A stretch of 64,000 nt of DNA from Okamejei kenojei (Eukaryota). The stretch lies in the NCBI GenBank assembly GCA_035221665.1, contig CM069171.1, forward strand, positions 3,100,001 through 3,164,000. Direction: 5' to 3'. Of this stretch, positions 27,113 to 38,430 are shown in pieces; position 1 is the first letter of the stretch, and each line of letters starts with the position of its first letter. The notes beneath the pieces are model-generated. The model ran no database searches. It was not told the origin of the DNA and saw only the letters and a program-made list of their open reading frames with translations. Both the position numbers and the translations under genes were made by a program.

Positions 27113-30100
27113 TAACTTTCCCAAATTTGGCAGTCTTCATGTTTTCCTCTGTAGTAAAAACAGTGAAATATTCATGAAGAATAAAACTGGGACAAACTGC
27201 TCTCCGAGTATCTCATGACATCCTTTACTGAGTGGTCATCAACCACATTCCCAATAGGCAGCAAACATGATCCCACAAGGACACGCCAACGCAACCTCAA
27301 CATTTCTTCTTTTTTTCCCCCCACATCTGTCACAGACATTGTTAGTCACAAGGAACTGCAGATGCTAGAACCTTGAATGGAACACAAAGTTGTGGAGTAA
27401 CTCAGCGGGTCAGGCAGCATCTCTGGAGGATGTGGATAGGCAACGTTGCAGGTGACATGGATAGGTGACTATTTGGTTGAGACCCTTCTTCACACTGTCA
27501 AAGAACAAGAATCACAGAGGGGGAGTGGTAAGAGAGAGTTTGACAAAACTGCAGTCGGAGAGAGGTGGAGAACTTCTTTAAAGTAGATGTTAGTACATGC
27601 TCTCTACTGTTATCTCCTCATCTTACTCAATCAGTCCAGTTATATTCCAGTCATTCTCCATAATCTACCACTCATCCAAACTCTTCATGCAAACCCCAAG
27701 CCACAGAACGTCATGCTCATCCACTGAAGATAAATCATATTTTAAACTGCATTTCTCACATCTTGCAACACCTCATGGCCTCTCACTTTTCTGGTCCATC
27801 AACCTCAATACATATCCAAAACCAAAAGCTCCTCGCAACCCTGGTCTTCCTCCCAATGCCTTCTCAAGCTCCCCATTCCTCCAGCCACTGTGTGTTGGTC
27901 CATCCACCAAAAGCCACTTCAACCCAACACTCTAGATTTCCCCCAAAACCCTTCCAGCTCCAAGTGCAATACACAAGGAACTGCAGATGCAGAGTTACAA
28001 AAAAAGAAACAAAAAAGTGCTGGAGTAACACAGCGGGTCAGGCAGCATCTCGGGACAACATGGGTAGGTGATGTTTGAAGACTTCAACTGCTTCTTATTT
28101 CACTAATTGCCAGAATCAGACAGATTCTAATAACTAGATATATTTAGTGTGTCTACAAAATGTTCACCTGCAACTTGAAGCAAAAAACAAATGGGGATTT
28201 CAGTCTTCAGACTACATTAATAATTTGCTATAAAAAAACCATACGAAAGGACTACAATTACTGTAAATTTGTTAAAAATTCGAAGAACGCAGACACTTCA
28301 AAGGCAGTGCAGCCCCACCTTCAATAATGCACTAACTTTGAAAGAAGTCGGACTTTGTATTAATTTATAATGTGTAAGTGGATAATGTCGCTGCCAAAAC
28401 CACAGGTACAGGGCAAAGTACTGCCTCTTCGAAAACTCACCTCAAAATAAAATCTTACAACGTTACCATTAAAAAAAACGTGCCCTTTGAAATTGGAAAA
28501 CATGAAACTAATTGTACTTAAACTGGGTGGTTTTAGGAAGAAGTCAAAATGAGAAGCTGGTTCCTTCCCTGTGAGGGGACAATGTGCAAAGGACGGATTG
28601 GATTATACAGAAGGTGGATTAAAATCCTATCACCGTAGCAGCCTTAGAAACTCTAGGTTGAAGAATCACATCTACTGCTCTTTTGATATTTAAACCCTAC
28701 TTTAAAAGACCTGGGTAAGAAGCCATCCTGCAAAGGCGGTCCCAACACGTAATGCTTTGTGAAGGAGGTGAATGTGTCACAGGTTGAACTCGTGTAGGTT
28801 GTTTGTGGTGGCAGTGTTGTAATATGGACTCTCGATTAGCTCTTTAGGTGGGAGCAGCACCAGTCACCGCAGATGAGGTTTTCTGTTGTGTGATTAAGCA
28901 AAAGACAGGTTGCAAAAAAAACAACAACAAATAAATGCTGTAGGAACTCAGCAGGTTAGACAACACCCGTGCAGGGAATGGACAAATGACATTGCGGGTC
29001 GGGACCCTTCTTCAGACATATTCTTCATCCTCTCCACAGAGAAACTCCTTTGTGCTTTGTTCAAGATCTCAGCATCTGCAGTTTCTTATGGATCCAAACA
29101 GTCAGATATTCCACAGGGCAAAGCTCTTTCAACTTAGAAAATGTTAATAAATCCAAATGTACCACGAAAAGCAATGCCTTGCTAAATTACCTGGGAACAT
29201 CAACGATTCTGTAACATCACTGATCAAATGTCAGCTTAGATCAGTTGGGGGAATCTTGTCTCTATTCAAGAGAACTGGAGTACACAGTCAAGCCTGGCAG
29301 TCTAATGCATTGCCAAACAAAGTGAAATGCTGTTAGATATTGGAGGAGGCCACTCAGCCCATCCAGTCTATGGAGCAATTTCATCAATCTCCACCCTTCA
29401 TTTTCCCTCATGTTCCCAACAAACTCCACCCAATACACTAAATGACAGTAATTAATTAATTTACCAACCAGATATCCTCATTACAAATGAAAAGCAATAT
29501 TGCGACTGTCTCTATCTTAGTAAAAGCTCCAGGGTGTAATTCAAAGAAGAACAAGAAATGCTGGCGATACCAAGCTCAACCATCTTCTCTCAACCAAGAC
29601 CAACAAAACCACAGCAACAAGGTGACTTCCCTCTTGTGGGATTTTGCTATGCTATGGTTGCAGCTTTTTGCCTGGGCGATAATTCTATCCCCACTTCAAA
29701 GGAATAAATTCCATGCAAACTATTATGCCATATTTTGGAGATTTGCTATGTGTATATTGTGGAAGTCTTTTTACAAAATGTTTGTTTAAGCCGCATGCCT
29801 CTAGGGCATAGGGCAGCAAACAGCATCACCTGTGTACGTCACTTCCCATGTTCCGTAAAGGCACCTGCCTTCTCGGCCTTGGTGTATTGTTCCCTTATGA
29901 GGAAGTATTCTGTTTTTTCTTCGCATTAAAACAGTCCAGCTCAGGTCAAAAATCCTGTGCCCCGTCACACAATGTTGTGAGCCCTCTTAATACACCACTG
30001 TATGCATGCCACAAATTAAACACATTCGGCTTTTAGCAACAATGTCAAACTTCTTGCTTAGACCCATTTTAAATGCCAGCTTTAAAATGCTGTACTTACA

Positions 30101-31547
30101 ATACAATGTTCAATTAGGTTTAAGATAAATAAAGCTTTCTGTTTTCCCCATACATTACCATGTAAAATAGTGTAAAACTCACTTCTATTACACAACTCTC
30201 CACAATAGAAACTAAAGCTTTATAGCTCTTGGCATTTTTGCATTACACAATAAGAGAGTTGCTTAACCATGCAACTTGACGTAACATAGAGATAGATTTG
30301 CATCAATTTGACTACCTAAAGAAAGATGCACTCATTTTAAACAATGTTCTGATAATATATGTTTCCTATATACAACTGTGACTGAACTTTTTTTAGAAAA
30401 CTTAACCGGGTTACAAAACTCTTTGGAGGATCTTGAGTTTGTGACAAGTATACAATGCAAACTCTTTCTTTGAGTTTCTGCAGATGTCTCACTGCAATTT
30501 GATGTGTTTCAGATGAACATCTTCAGCAAATTAATTTTAGTTGTCCTCACAATACTTTACTATGGGAAACGATTTAACGACGGGAAAGAGAGTGAACCTC
30601 TGCGTGGTGAAGGATGAAGAATTCATAAGATGCAACAAACAGCTTTAATTAAAACCATAACCATTAAAAGAAAAGCAGAACCTGACAAACCAAAAGCAGA
30701 AAGAAATGTAAAACCATTCATTCAGTGCGTTTGTTATCCCTACCATTAATCGCAACCATTTATTAAACAAATCTTTAGCTATTTTCCGTTCAATTGTAAA
30801 ATGCTTTAAGGAATGGGTAACATTCCTTCTATACAGAGATGCTGCCTACCCCGTCGAGTTGCTCCAGCATTTTGTGTCTACCTATTTAAACCAGCATCTG
30901 CAGTTCTTGCCTACATATATACTACAGTGGTCAAGACAAACAAATATACTACCAGCCTTCCATATGTTCCATTTCCTTTTCATCACACCAACATTGATTC
31001 CACAGGATATGAATGGGTCAGGGTAAACAAAAAGTAAATGTACGAGATATCAGTCCTGTTGATTTAGCATTCGACACAAGCACTGGCACTATATTTGACA
31101 TCTTATATGTATGCTGCTCATGTCCCGAGCAAAATATTATCTCCCATACAATTACCCCATTTTGGTTCCACATTCCTGTTTGCAATCTAGGCAGTGTAAA
31201 AAGATTGGACAAAAAACACATAAAGCAATATGGAAAAAAAGTGTTTGAATAAATCATGATCTCTTTTCAAAATCTTTATGCAGCAAAGTTTAGAATCATT
31301 TACATTCGAAAGCTCAGAAATTTGAAAATACGAATACACGCGTGAAACTAAATCAAATATACAATTTTACTGGGAGTTACAAGATATGGATAAAAGTTTA
31401 AATGAAGTTTTTCACCTAGAGTTGGGATGATTTGGTATTTTGCACATGTTGTTGTTGTTATTATTGCCCCGAGAAGGCTGTGTGTTGGATTGAGGAGCGT
31501 TTGGTGGGAGCTGCCTGCAGTTTGTTTATTTCTGTTAGAAGTAAGTG

Positions 31548-32492
31548 CAATAGTGTGGTACTTGAGTACCTAATACATACATACATATTTCCATTCTTGT
31601 ACAACTTCACACTTTTGATTTAATAATAAAAGAACAGCGAGAGAAAAAAGAAATAAAGAGTGTCAGAATAGATAGTCAAGCGAGTAGAAACAGAAAGCAA
31701 AAGAAATAAAGGACAGAGATGAGAAGTTAAAAGATTGAAAGAAAAGGAGACAGTAAAGAAATGATTAGGAGAGATCTACCTATCTCGTATTTTTTGCCCA
31801 TCCATCACCCGGTTCTAAACCATTTAATTTCTAAGATTATGTTATGATGCGCCATATGCTTGTAAAAAGTTGATAAAAGGAGACCAAATCTTTAAGAATA
31901 TGTCTACTTTGCCTAGTAGGAGGAATCTCAATTTCTCCAAGTGCCTGGAGTGGAAGCACTTTGCACCAACGATTATAGAGGAGCTCCTCTAGTATCTTTG
32001 CTTTGCACCTTCCTCCTGTCACAGCACCAGCCACAATAGTGTGGTACTTGAGTACCTAATACATACACACATATATCCATTCTTGTACAACTTCACACTT
32101 TTGATTTAATAATAAAAGAACAGTGAGAGAAAAAATAAATAAAGAGTGTCGGAATAGATAGTCAAGCGAGTAGAAACAGAAAGCAAAAGAAATAAAGGAC
32201 GGAGATGCGAAGTTAAAAGATTGAAAGAAAAGGAGAAAGTAAAGAAAAGAAAGATTAGGAGAGATCTACCCATCTCGTATTTTTTGCCCATCCGTCACCC
32301 GGTTCTAAACCATTTAATTTCTACGGTTATGTTATGTTGCACCATATGCTTATAAAAAGTTGATAAAAGGAGACCAAGTCTTTAAGAGTAGGTGTACTTT
32401 GCCCAGTAGGAGGAATCTGATTTCTCCAAGTGCCTGGAGTGGAAGCACTTTGCTCCTCTAGTATCTTTGCTTTGCACCGTCCCCCTGTCACA
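31548..32492 (-). repeat. Tandem duplication (~486-bp period) of an L1-clade 3' fragment plus flank
   Basis: caatagtgtggtacttgagtacc at 31548 and 32034; minus 31842-31943 encodes HLEKLRFLLLGKVDIFLKIWSPFINFLQAYGAS*, resembling the C-terminus of fish-type L1 ORF2. Confidence 0.8.
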
Positions 32493-32499
32493 GTCACAG

Positions 32500-33000
32500 C
32501 CGCAGCAGACAACCCTCAGCCCCCGGGAGGGGCCTACCCGACCCGCACACTCACCTCGCAAACCGCTTCCATCGAAATCACGCACCGGGCGAAACTTTTG
32601 ACTTCTGCTCGCCGGCGTTGTGCGGTGGCGGTGGCGGTGGCGGCGGCGGCGGCGACGCTCGCACTCTCCCCGTCTCTCTCGTTCTCCCTTTTACCACAGA
32701 GCGAGCGCCTCCTCGCAATGTCACTCCTCCCGCCCTCCCGCCCGCCGCTACCAACTGCCTTTGCCTCGGCCAGCCATGACGGGCGCTGTCGGCCCCCGGA
32801 GCCGGCCGGCCCGCGCCCAGCACGCTGGGAGATGTAGTCCCCGCCCCCCCCTCCATGCGTTGTCGGCCATGCGGCCGCGAACTACATTTCCCGCCAGGGG
32901 GGGTCGTCGCAGCCGGGGCCGGCGGCAAGGACTCGCAAAATGGCGCCCCGACCTGCGTCCGTCGCTCCCGAAGCACGCCGGGAGTTGTGGTTCCCATCTG
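32500..33000. promoter_or_regulatory. CpG-island promoter with ZNF143 and YY1 motifs
   Basis: SBS-type ggactacatctcccagcgtgc (minus, ~32820-32840), actacatttcccgcc (32881), aaccacaactcccggcgtgc (minus, ~32973-32992); YY1-like aaaatggcg (32937). Confidence 0.8.
32555..32830 (-). other. Probable non-coding first exon of a minus-strand gene
   Basis: CpG-rich with (gcc/acc)n tract; strong donor CGAG|GTGAGT at 32555/32554; immediately downstream (minus sense) of ZNF143/YY1 motifs. TSS approximate. Confidence 0.6.
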
Positions 33001-33024
33001 TGAACGACCAATGCACAATCTGAC

Positions 33025-33826
33025 CAGAAGGAAAGTCATCCTTGTCCTAATCTGAGGAAAGTCATCCTTGCCCTGATCTGAGGAAAGTCATCCTTGCCCT
33101 AATCTGAGGAAAGTCATCCTTGCCCTAATCTGAGGAAAGTCATCCTTGCCCTGATCTGAGGAAAGTCATCCTTGCCCTAATCTGAGTAAAGTCATCCTTG
33201 CCCTAATCTGAGGAAAGTCATCCTTGCCCTAATCTGAGGAAGGACATCCTTGCCCTGATCTGAGGAAGGACATCCTTGCCCTGATCTGAGGAAAGACATC
33301 CTTGCCCTAATCTGAGGAAAGACATTCTTGCCCTGATTTGAGGAAAGACATTCTTGCCCTAATTTGAGGAAAGTCATCCTTGCCCTGATATGAGGAAAGT
33401 CATCCTTACCTTAATCTGTGGAAAGTCATCCTTGCCCTAATCTGAGGAAATACATTCTTGCCCTGATCTGAGGAAATACATTCTTGCCCTGATCTGAGGA
33501 AAGTCATCCTTGCCCTAATCTGAGGAAAGTCATCCTTGTCCTAATCTGAGGAAAGACATTCTTGCCCTGATCTGAGGAAAGACATTCTTGCCCTGATCTG
33601 AGGAAAGACATTCTTGCCCTGATCTGAGAAAAGTCATTCTTGCCATGATCTGAGGAAAGTCATCCTTGCCCTAATCTGAGGAAAGACATTCTTGCCCTAA
33701 TCTGAGGAAAGACATTCTTGCCCCAATCTGAGGAAAGACATTCTTGACCTAATCTGAAGAAAGACATTCTTGCCCTAATCTGAGGAAAGGCATTCTTGCC
33801 CTAATCTGAGGAAAGACATTCTTGCC
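33025..33826 (+). repeat. 26-bp minisatellite (~31 copies) derived from CR1 ORF2
   Basis: Unit tctgaggaaag(t/a)cat(c/t)cttgccct(a/g)a; runs directly into CR1 sequence encoding PNLRKDILA.EGVQRRFTRL. Confidence 0.95.
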
Positions 33827-34500
33827 ACAGAGGGAGTACAGAGAAGGTTCACCAGACTGATTCCTGGGATGTCAGGACTTTCATATGAAGAAAGACTGGA
33901 TAGACTCGGCTTGTACTCGCTAGAATTTAGAAGATTGAGGGGGGATCTTATAGACTCATACGAATGCTAGATGCAGGAAGATTGTTGCCGATGTTGGGGA
34001 AGTCCAGAACACGGGGTCACAGTTTAAGGATAAGGGGGAAGTCTTTTAGGACCGAGATGAGAAAAACATCTTTCACACAGAGAGTGGTGAATCTGTGGAA
34101 TTCTCTGCCACAGAAGGTAGTTGAGGCCAGTTCAATTGAGGTAGTTGAGGCCAGTTCAAGCAAAGCAAGAATGTCATTGTCCTATCAGGGACACATGGCA
34201 ATAAGTAGGCTGAAGAAGGGTTTCGGCCCGAAATGTTGCCTATCTCCTTCGCTCCTTAGATGCTGCTGCACCTGCTGAGTTTCTCCAGCCTTTTGTGTAC
34301 ACATAACAATAAACTCACTTGAACTTGACTATATTTAAGAGGGAGTTAGATGTGGCCCTTGTGGCTAAGGGGATCAGGGGGTACGGAAAGAAGACAGGTA
34401 CAGGATACTGAGTTGGATGATCAGCCATGATCATATTGAATAGCGGTGCTGGCTCGAAGGACCGAATGGCCTGCTCCTGCACCTATTTTCTATGTTTCTA
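33800..34500 (+). mobile_element. CR1/HER1-type LINE 3' fragment with nested Penelope-derived insert
   Basis: Matches 44955-45490; interrupted at ~34155-34330 by a hammerhead-bearing repeat (ctgaagaagggtttcggcccgaaatgttg at ~34210). Confidence 0.85.
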
Positions 34501-34880
34501 TGATCACAATGAATGGCGGTGCTGACTCGAAGGGCCGAATGGTCATCTCCTGCACCTATTGTCTATGTTTCTATGATCACAATGAATGGCGGTGCTGGCT
34601 CGAAGGGCCAAATGGTCTACTCCTGCACCTATTTTCTATGTTTCTATGTTTCTATGATCACAATGAATGGCGGTGCTGGCTCGAAGGGCCGAATGGTCTA
34701 CTCCTGCACCTATTTTCTATGTTTCTATGATCACAATGAATGGCGGTGCTGGCTCGAAGGGCCAAATGGTCTACTCCTGTACCTATTTTCTATGTTTTTA
34801 TGTTTCTATGATCACAATGAATGGCGGTGCTGGCTCGAAGGGCCAAATGGTCTATTCCTGCACCTATTGTCCATGTTTCT
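34428..34880 (+). repeat. Six tandem copies (73/81 bp) of the CR1 3'UTR terminus
   Basis: Units start at 34428, 34501, 34574, 34655, 34728 and 34809 (tgatcacaatgaatggcggtgctggctcgaaggg...tttctatg). Confidence 0.9.
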
Positions 34881-35330
34881 AAGAACTACAACTACCAGAG
34901 TGCACAGCGCGGCCACGCATGCGCGCTGCCCGTGTTGAGGGAGGAGCTGGGGCTTTAACCGTCCCTCAGGAGTGTTGGTTTCTCAAGTGTTCAAGTGGAA
35001 ATTCCACCGCAAAACACAATCAACGTCGACGGGTCGACAAGTGCGCGTATCTCACCTCGTGACAGACGCACATCCGCCGGGTTAATGCCGCCCCCGCGCC
35101 GCCTGCCCGGGGCTTAGAGGTAGATCCCGGTTTTTTTTTTAAATTTTGGGATGAGGGACGGAGCCGCGCAGGCCGCACGCACGCACGCACGCCCCCTCGC
35201 GTCTGCGCGGTGACGTCACGCGGCGTCCGACGAGGAACCGCCCACGCCGCGGTTGCTAGCAACAAACCGGTTGCTGGGCAACCAGCCCCGGGGAAGCGCG
35301 CTGCAAAGTAGCTGGTGGGAGGCGCTGGGC
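34881..35330. promoter_or_regulatory. Second CpG island: ZNF143, NRF1, CRE and paired RFX X-box motifs; possible alternative minus-strand first exon
   Basis: actacaactaccagagtgc (34885), acgcatgcgc (34915), GTGACGTCAC (35210-35219), GTTGCTAGCAAC (35252-35263), GTTGCTGGGCAAC (35270-35282); minus donor CGAG|GTGAGA at 35056/35055. Confidence 0.75.
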
Positions 35331-37275
35331 TGGGGGAATCCCCGTCTGGGTCACTGTGTGTCCAGGGGGAATCCCCGGCTGTGTGTGCCGATGGATACAG
35401 GGGGGATCACCGGCTGTATTTTCCACTGTGTGTACACTGTGTCTGCGTGTCACTGTGTGTACACTGTGTGGGTCACTGTGTGTCCAGGGGGAATCCCCGG
35501 CTGTATGTTCCACTGTGTGTACACTGTGTCGGTGGGTCACTGTGTGTCCAGGGGGAATCCCCGTCTGCGTGTCTCAGTGTGTACACTGTGTCTGTGGGTC
35601 ACTGTGTGTACAGGGGGAATCCCCGACTGTGGGTCACTGTGTGTCCAGGGGGAATCCCCGTCTGCGTGTCACTGTGTGTACACTGTGTCTGTGGGTCACT
35701 GTGTGTACACTGTGTCTGTGGGTCACTGTGTGTACACTGTGTTGGGTCACTGTGTGTACACTGTGTCTGTGGGTCACTGTGTGTACAGGGGGAAATCCCC
35801 GTCTGCATGTCACTGTGTGTACACTGTGTCTGTGGGTCACTGTGTGTACACTGTGTCTGTGGGTCACTGTGTGTACACTGTGTCTGTGGGTCACTGTGTG
35901 TACAGGGGGAATCCCCGTCTGCATGTCACTGTGTGTACACTGTGTCTGTGGGTCACTGTGTGTACACTGTGTCTGTGGGTCACTGTGTGTACACTGTGTC
36001 TGTGGGTCACTGTGTGTACACTGTGTCTGTGGGTCACTGTGTGTACAGGGGGAATTCCCGTCTGCGTGTCACTGTGCGTACACTGTGTCTATGGGTCACT
36101 GTGTGTACAGGGATAATCCCCGACTGTGTGTGCCGCTGTATACAGGGGGAATCACCGGCTATATTTGCCACTGTGTGTACACTGTGTGGGTCACTGTGTG
36201 TACAGAGGGAATCCCCGACTGTGGGTCACTGTGTGTCCAGGGGGAATCCCCGGCTGTGTGTGCCGATGGATACAGGGGGGATCACCGGCTGTATTTTCCA
36301 CTGTGTGTACACTGTGTCTGCGTGTCACTGTGTGTACACTGTGTGGGTCACTGTGTGTCCAGGGGGAATCCCCGGCTGTGTGTCCCGCTGGATACAGGGG
36401 GAATCACCGGCTCTATTTGCCACTGTGTGTACTCTGTGTCTGTGGGTCACTGTGTGTACAGGGGGAATTCCCGTCTGCGTGTCACTGTGTGCACATGGAT
36501 AATCCCCGACTGTGTGTGCCGCTGTATACAGGGGGAATCACCGGCTGTATTTTCCACTGTGTGTACACTGTGTGGGTCACTGTGTCTGTGGGTCACTGTG
36601 TGTACAGGGGGAATCCCCGTCTGCGTGTCACTGTGTGTACACTCTGTCTGGGTCACTGTGTGTACAGGGGGAATCCCCGACTGTGGGTCACTGTGTGTAC
36701 ACTGTCTGTGAGTCACTGTGTGTACAGGGGGAATCCCCGACTGTGGGTCACTGTGTGTACACTGTGTCTGTGGGTCACTGTGTGTACACTGTGTCTGTGG
36801 GTCACTGTGTGTACAGGGATAATCCCCGACTGTGTGTGCCGCTGTATACGGGGGAATCACCGGCTATATTTGCCACTGTGTGTACACTGTGTGGGTCACT
36901 GTGTGTACAGAGGGAATCCCCGACTGTGGGTCACTGTGTGTACAGGGGGAATCCCCGTCTGTGGGTCACTGTGTGTACACTGTGTCTGTGGGTCACTGTG
37001 TGTACAGGGGGAATCCTCGACTGTGTGTTCCGCTGTATACAGGGGGAATCACCGGCTGTATTTGCCACTGTGTGTACACTGTGTCTGTGGGTCACTGTGT
37101 GTACAGGGGGAATCCCCGACTGTGGTTCACTGTGTGTACAGGGGGAATCCCCGTCTGCATGTCACTGTGTGTACACACTGTGTCTGTGGGTCACTGTGTG
37201 TACAGGGGGAATCACCGACTGTGTGTGCAACTGTACACAGGGGGAATCCCCAGCTGTGTGTACCATTGTGTGCCA
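35330..37275. repeat. Modular minisatellite (cactgtgtgtac / actgtgtctgtgggt / agggggaatccccg)
   Basis: Shuffled short modules with a ~150-bp block repeated at ~35348 and ~36223. Confidence 0.95.
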
Positions 37276-37609
37276 GTCAAGACCTTCAGATTCAGATTCA
37301 ATTTTATTGTCATTGCACTTTTCAGTGTAACGGAATGGTTTAGCCTGCAGTCATAACATAGAATAAATAACAAAAACACACACTCAACACAGTTTAACAT
37401 CCACCACAGTGAGTCCACCAGGAACCTCCTCACTGTGATGGAAGGCAAAAAGTCCCAAAGTCCATGTTGGAAGACCAGGTTGGAAACAATCGATATTAAG
37501 ACGCTGGTAGACAAAAAAGCTGGGGAAGCGCAGCTTGAGGCAGCATCTATGGAACGAAGGAATAGGCGACGTTTTGGGTCGAGACCCTTTAGATATTAAG
37601 ACGCTGATT

Positions 37610-38430
37610 TCTACACTGTATACAGGGGGAATCTTGCCAGTGTGTCATTGTTTACACTAGGGGAATCTCCGTCTGTGTGCCACCGTATATGGGGGGGGGA
37701 ATCCTGCATGTGTCTCAGAGTTTACACTGGGGGGAACATCATCTGCGCCTGGGCCAGAGTATACAGGGAATTCCCCGACTGTGTGCCACTGTATACAGGG
37801 GAAATCTTGCCCCTGTCACATTGTTTACACTGGAGGGAACATTGTGTGTGCGCCAGTGTGTACACTGGGGGCAATCTCTATCGGTATGTCAGTATTTACA
37901 CTGGGGGGATCCCTGTGTGTGCACCTGGGTTTACAATGTGGGAAGACCAGCCTTTGTATCAGTGTTTATATTCGGGAAATCCCTGTGTGTGTGAGCTTGG
38001 ATATAGAAGAAGAATCCCTGCAATGGTGCTAGTGTTTTCAGATGGAGAATCCCTGCCGCCTTCTGTGCCAGTGTTTACAGTGAGTAAATCCCTGCATCTG
38101 TGCCAGTGTTTACAGTGAAGGAATCCCTATGTGTGTGCTAGTGTTGAGAGTAGGGGAATCCCTTCATGTGTGTGCTAGTGTGTGCACTAGCACACACATG
38201 TGTGTGTCAGTGTTTTCACTGGGGAAGCCCTGTGTGTGCCAGTGTTTACATGGAGGGGATTCCCTGTGTATGCCAGTGTTTACATGAGGGAGGATTCCCT
38301 GTGTGTGCCAGTGTTTACACTAGGAGAATCCCTGTGTGCCAGTGCTTACCCTGGGAGAATCCGTGTGAGTATGACAGCTTTTACAATGGGAATCTCTGAG
38401 AGTGTGGCACTGCTTATTGCATCAGATCAC
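37610..38430. repeat. Degenerate older extension of the same minisatellite
   Basis: Recurrent gggaatccctgtgtgtgccagtgtttacac variants. Confidence 0.75.

Noticed and set aside
28435-28455. Possible recursive splice site on minus strand (ttttattttgAG|GTGAGT)
   Set aside because: The acceptor is GAG rather than YAG with a short pyrimidine tract; unsupported without RNA data.
32430-33039. ORFs of 127-153 aa over the CpG island
   Set aside because: Ala/Pro/Arg-rich products expected from GC-rich sequence; no recognisable protein.
33025-33826. CRISPR-like regular repeats (also 48192-48872)
   Set aside because: Head-to-tail units without unique spacers, no cas genes, eukaryotic context; the units derive from TEs.
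35253-37356. Long Cys/Val-rich ORFs (up to 451 aa) in all three plus frames
   Set aside because: They are translations of a stop-poor minisatellite with no frame preference; not metallothionein, keratin-associated or zinc-finger genes.
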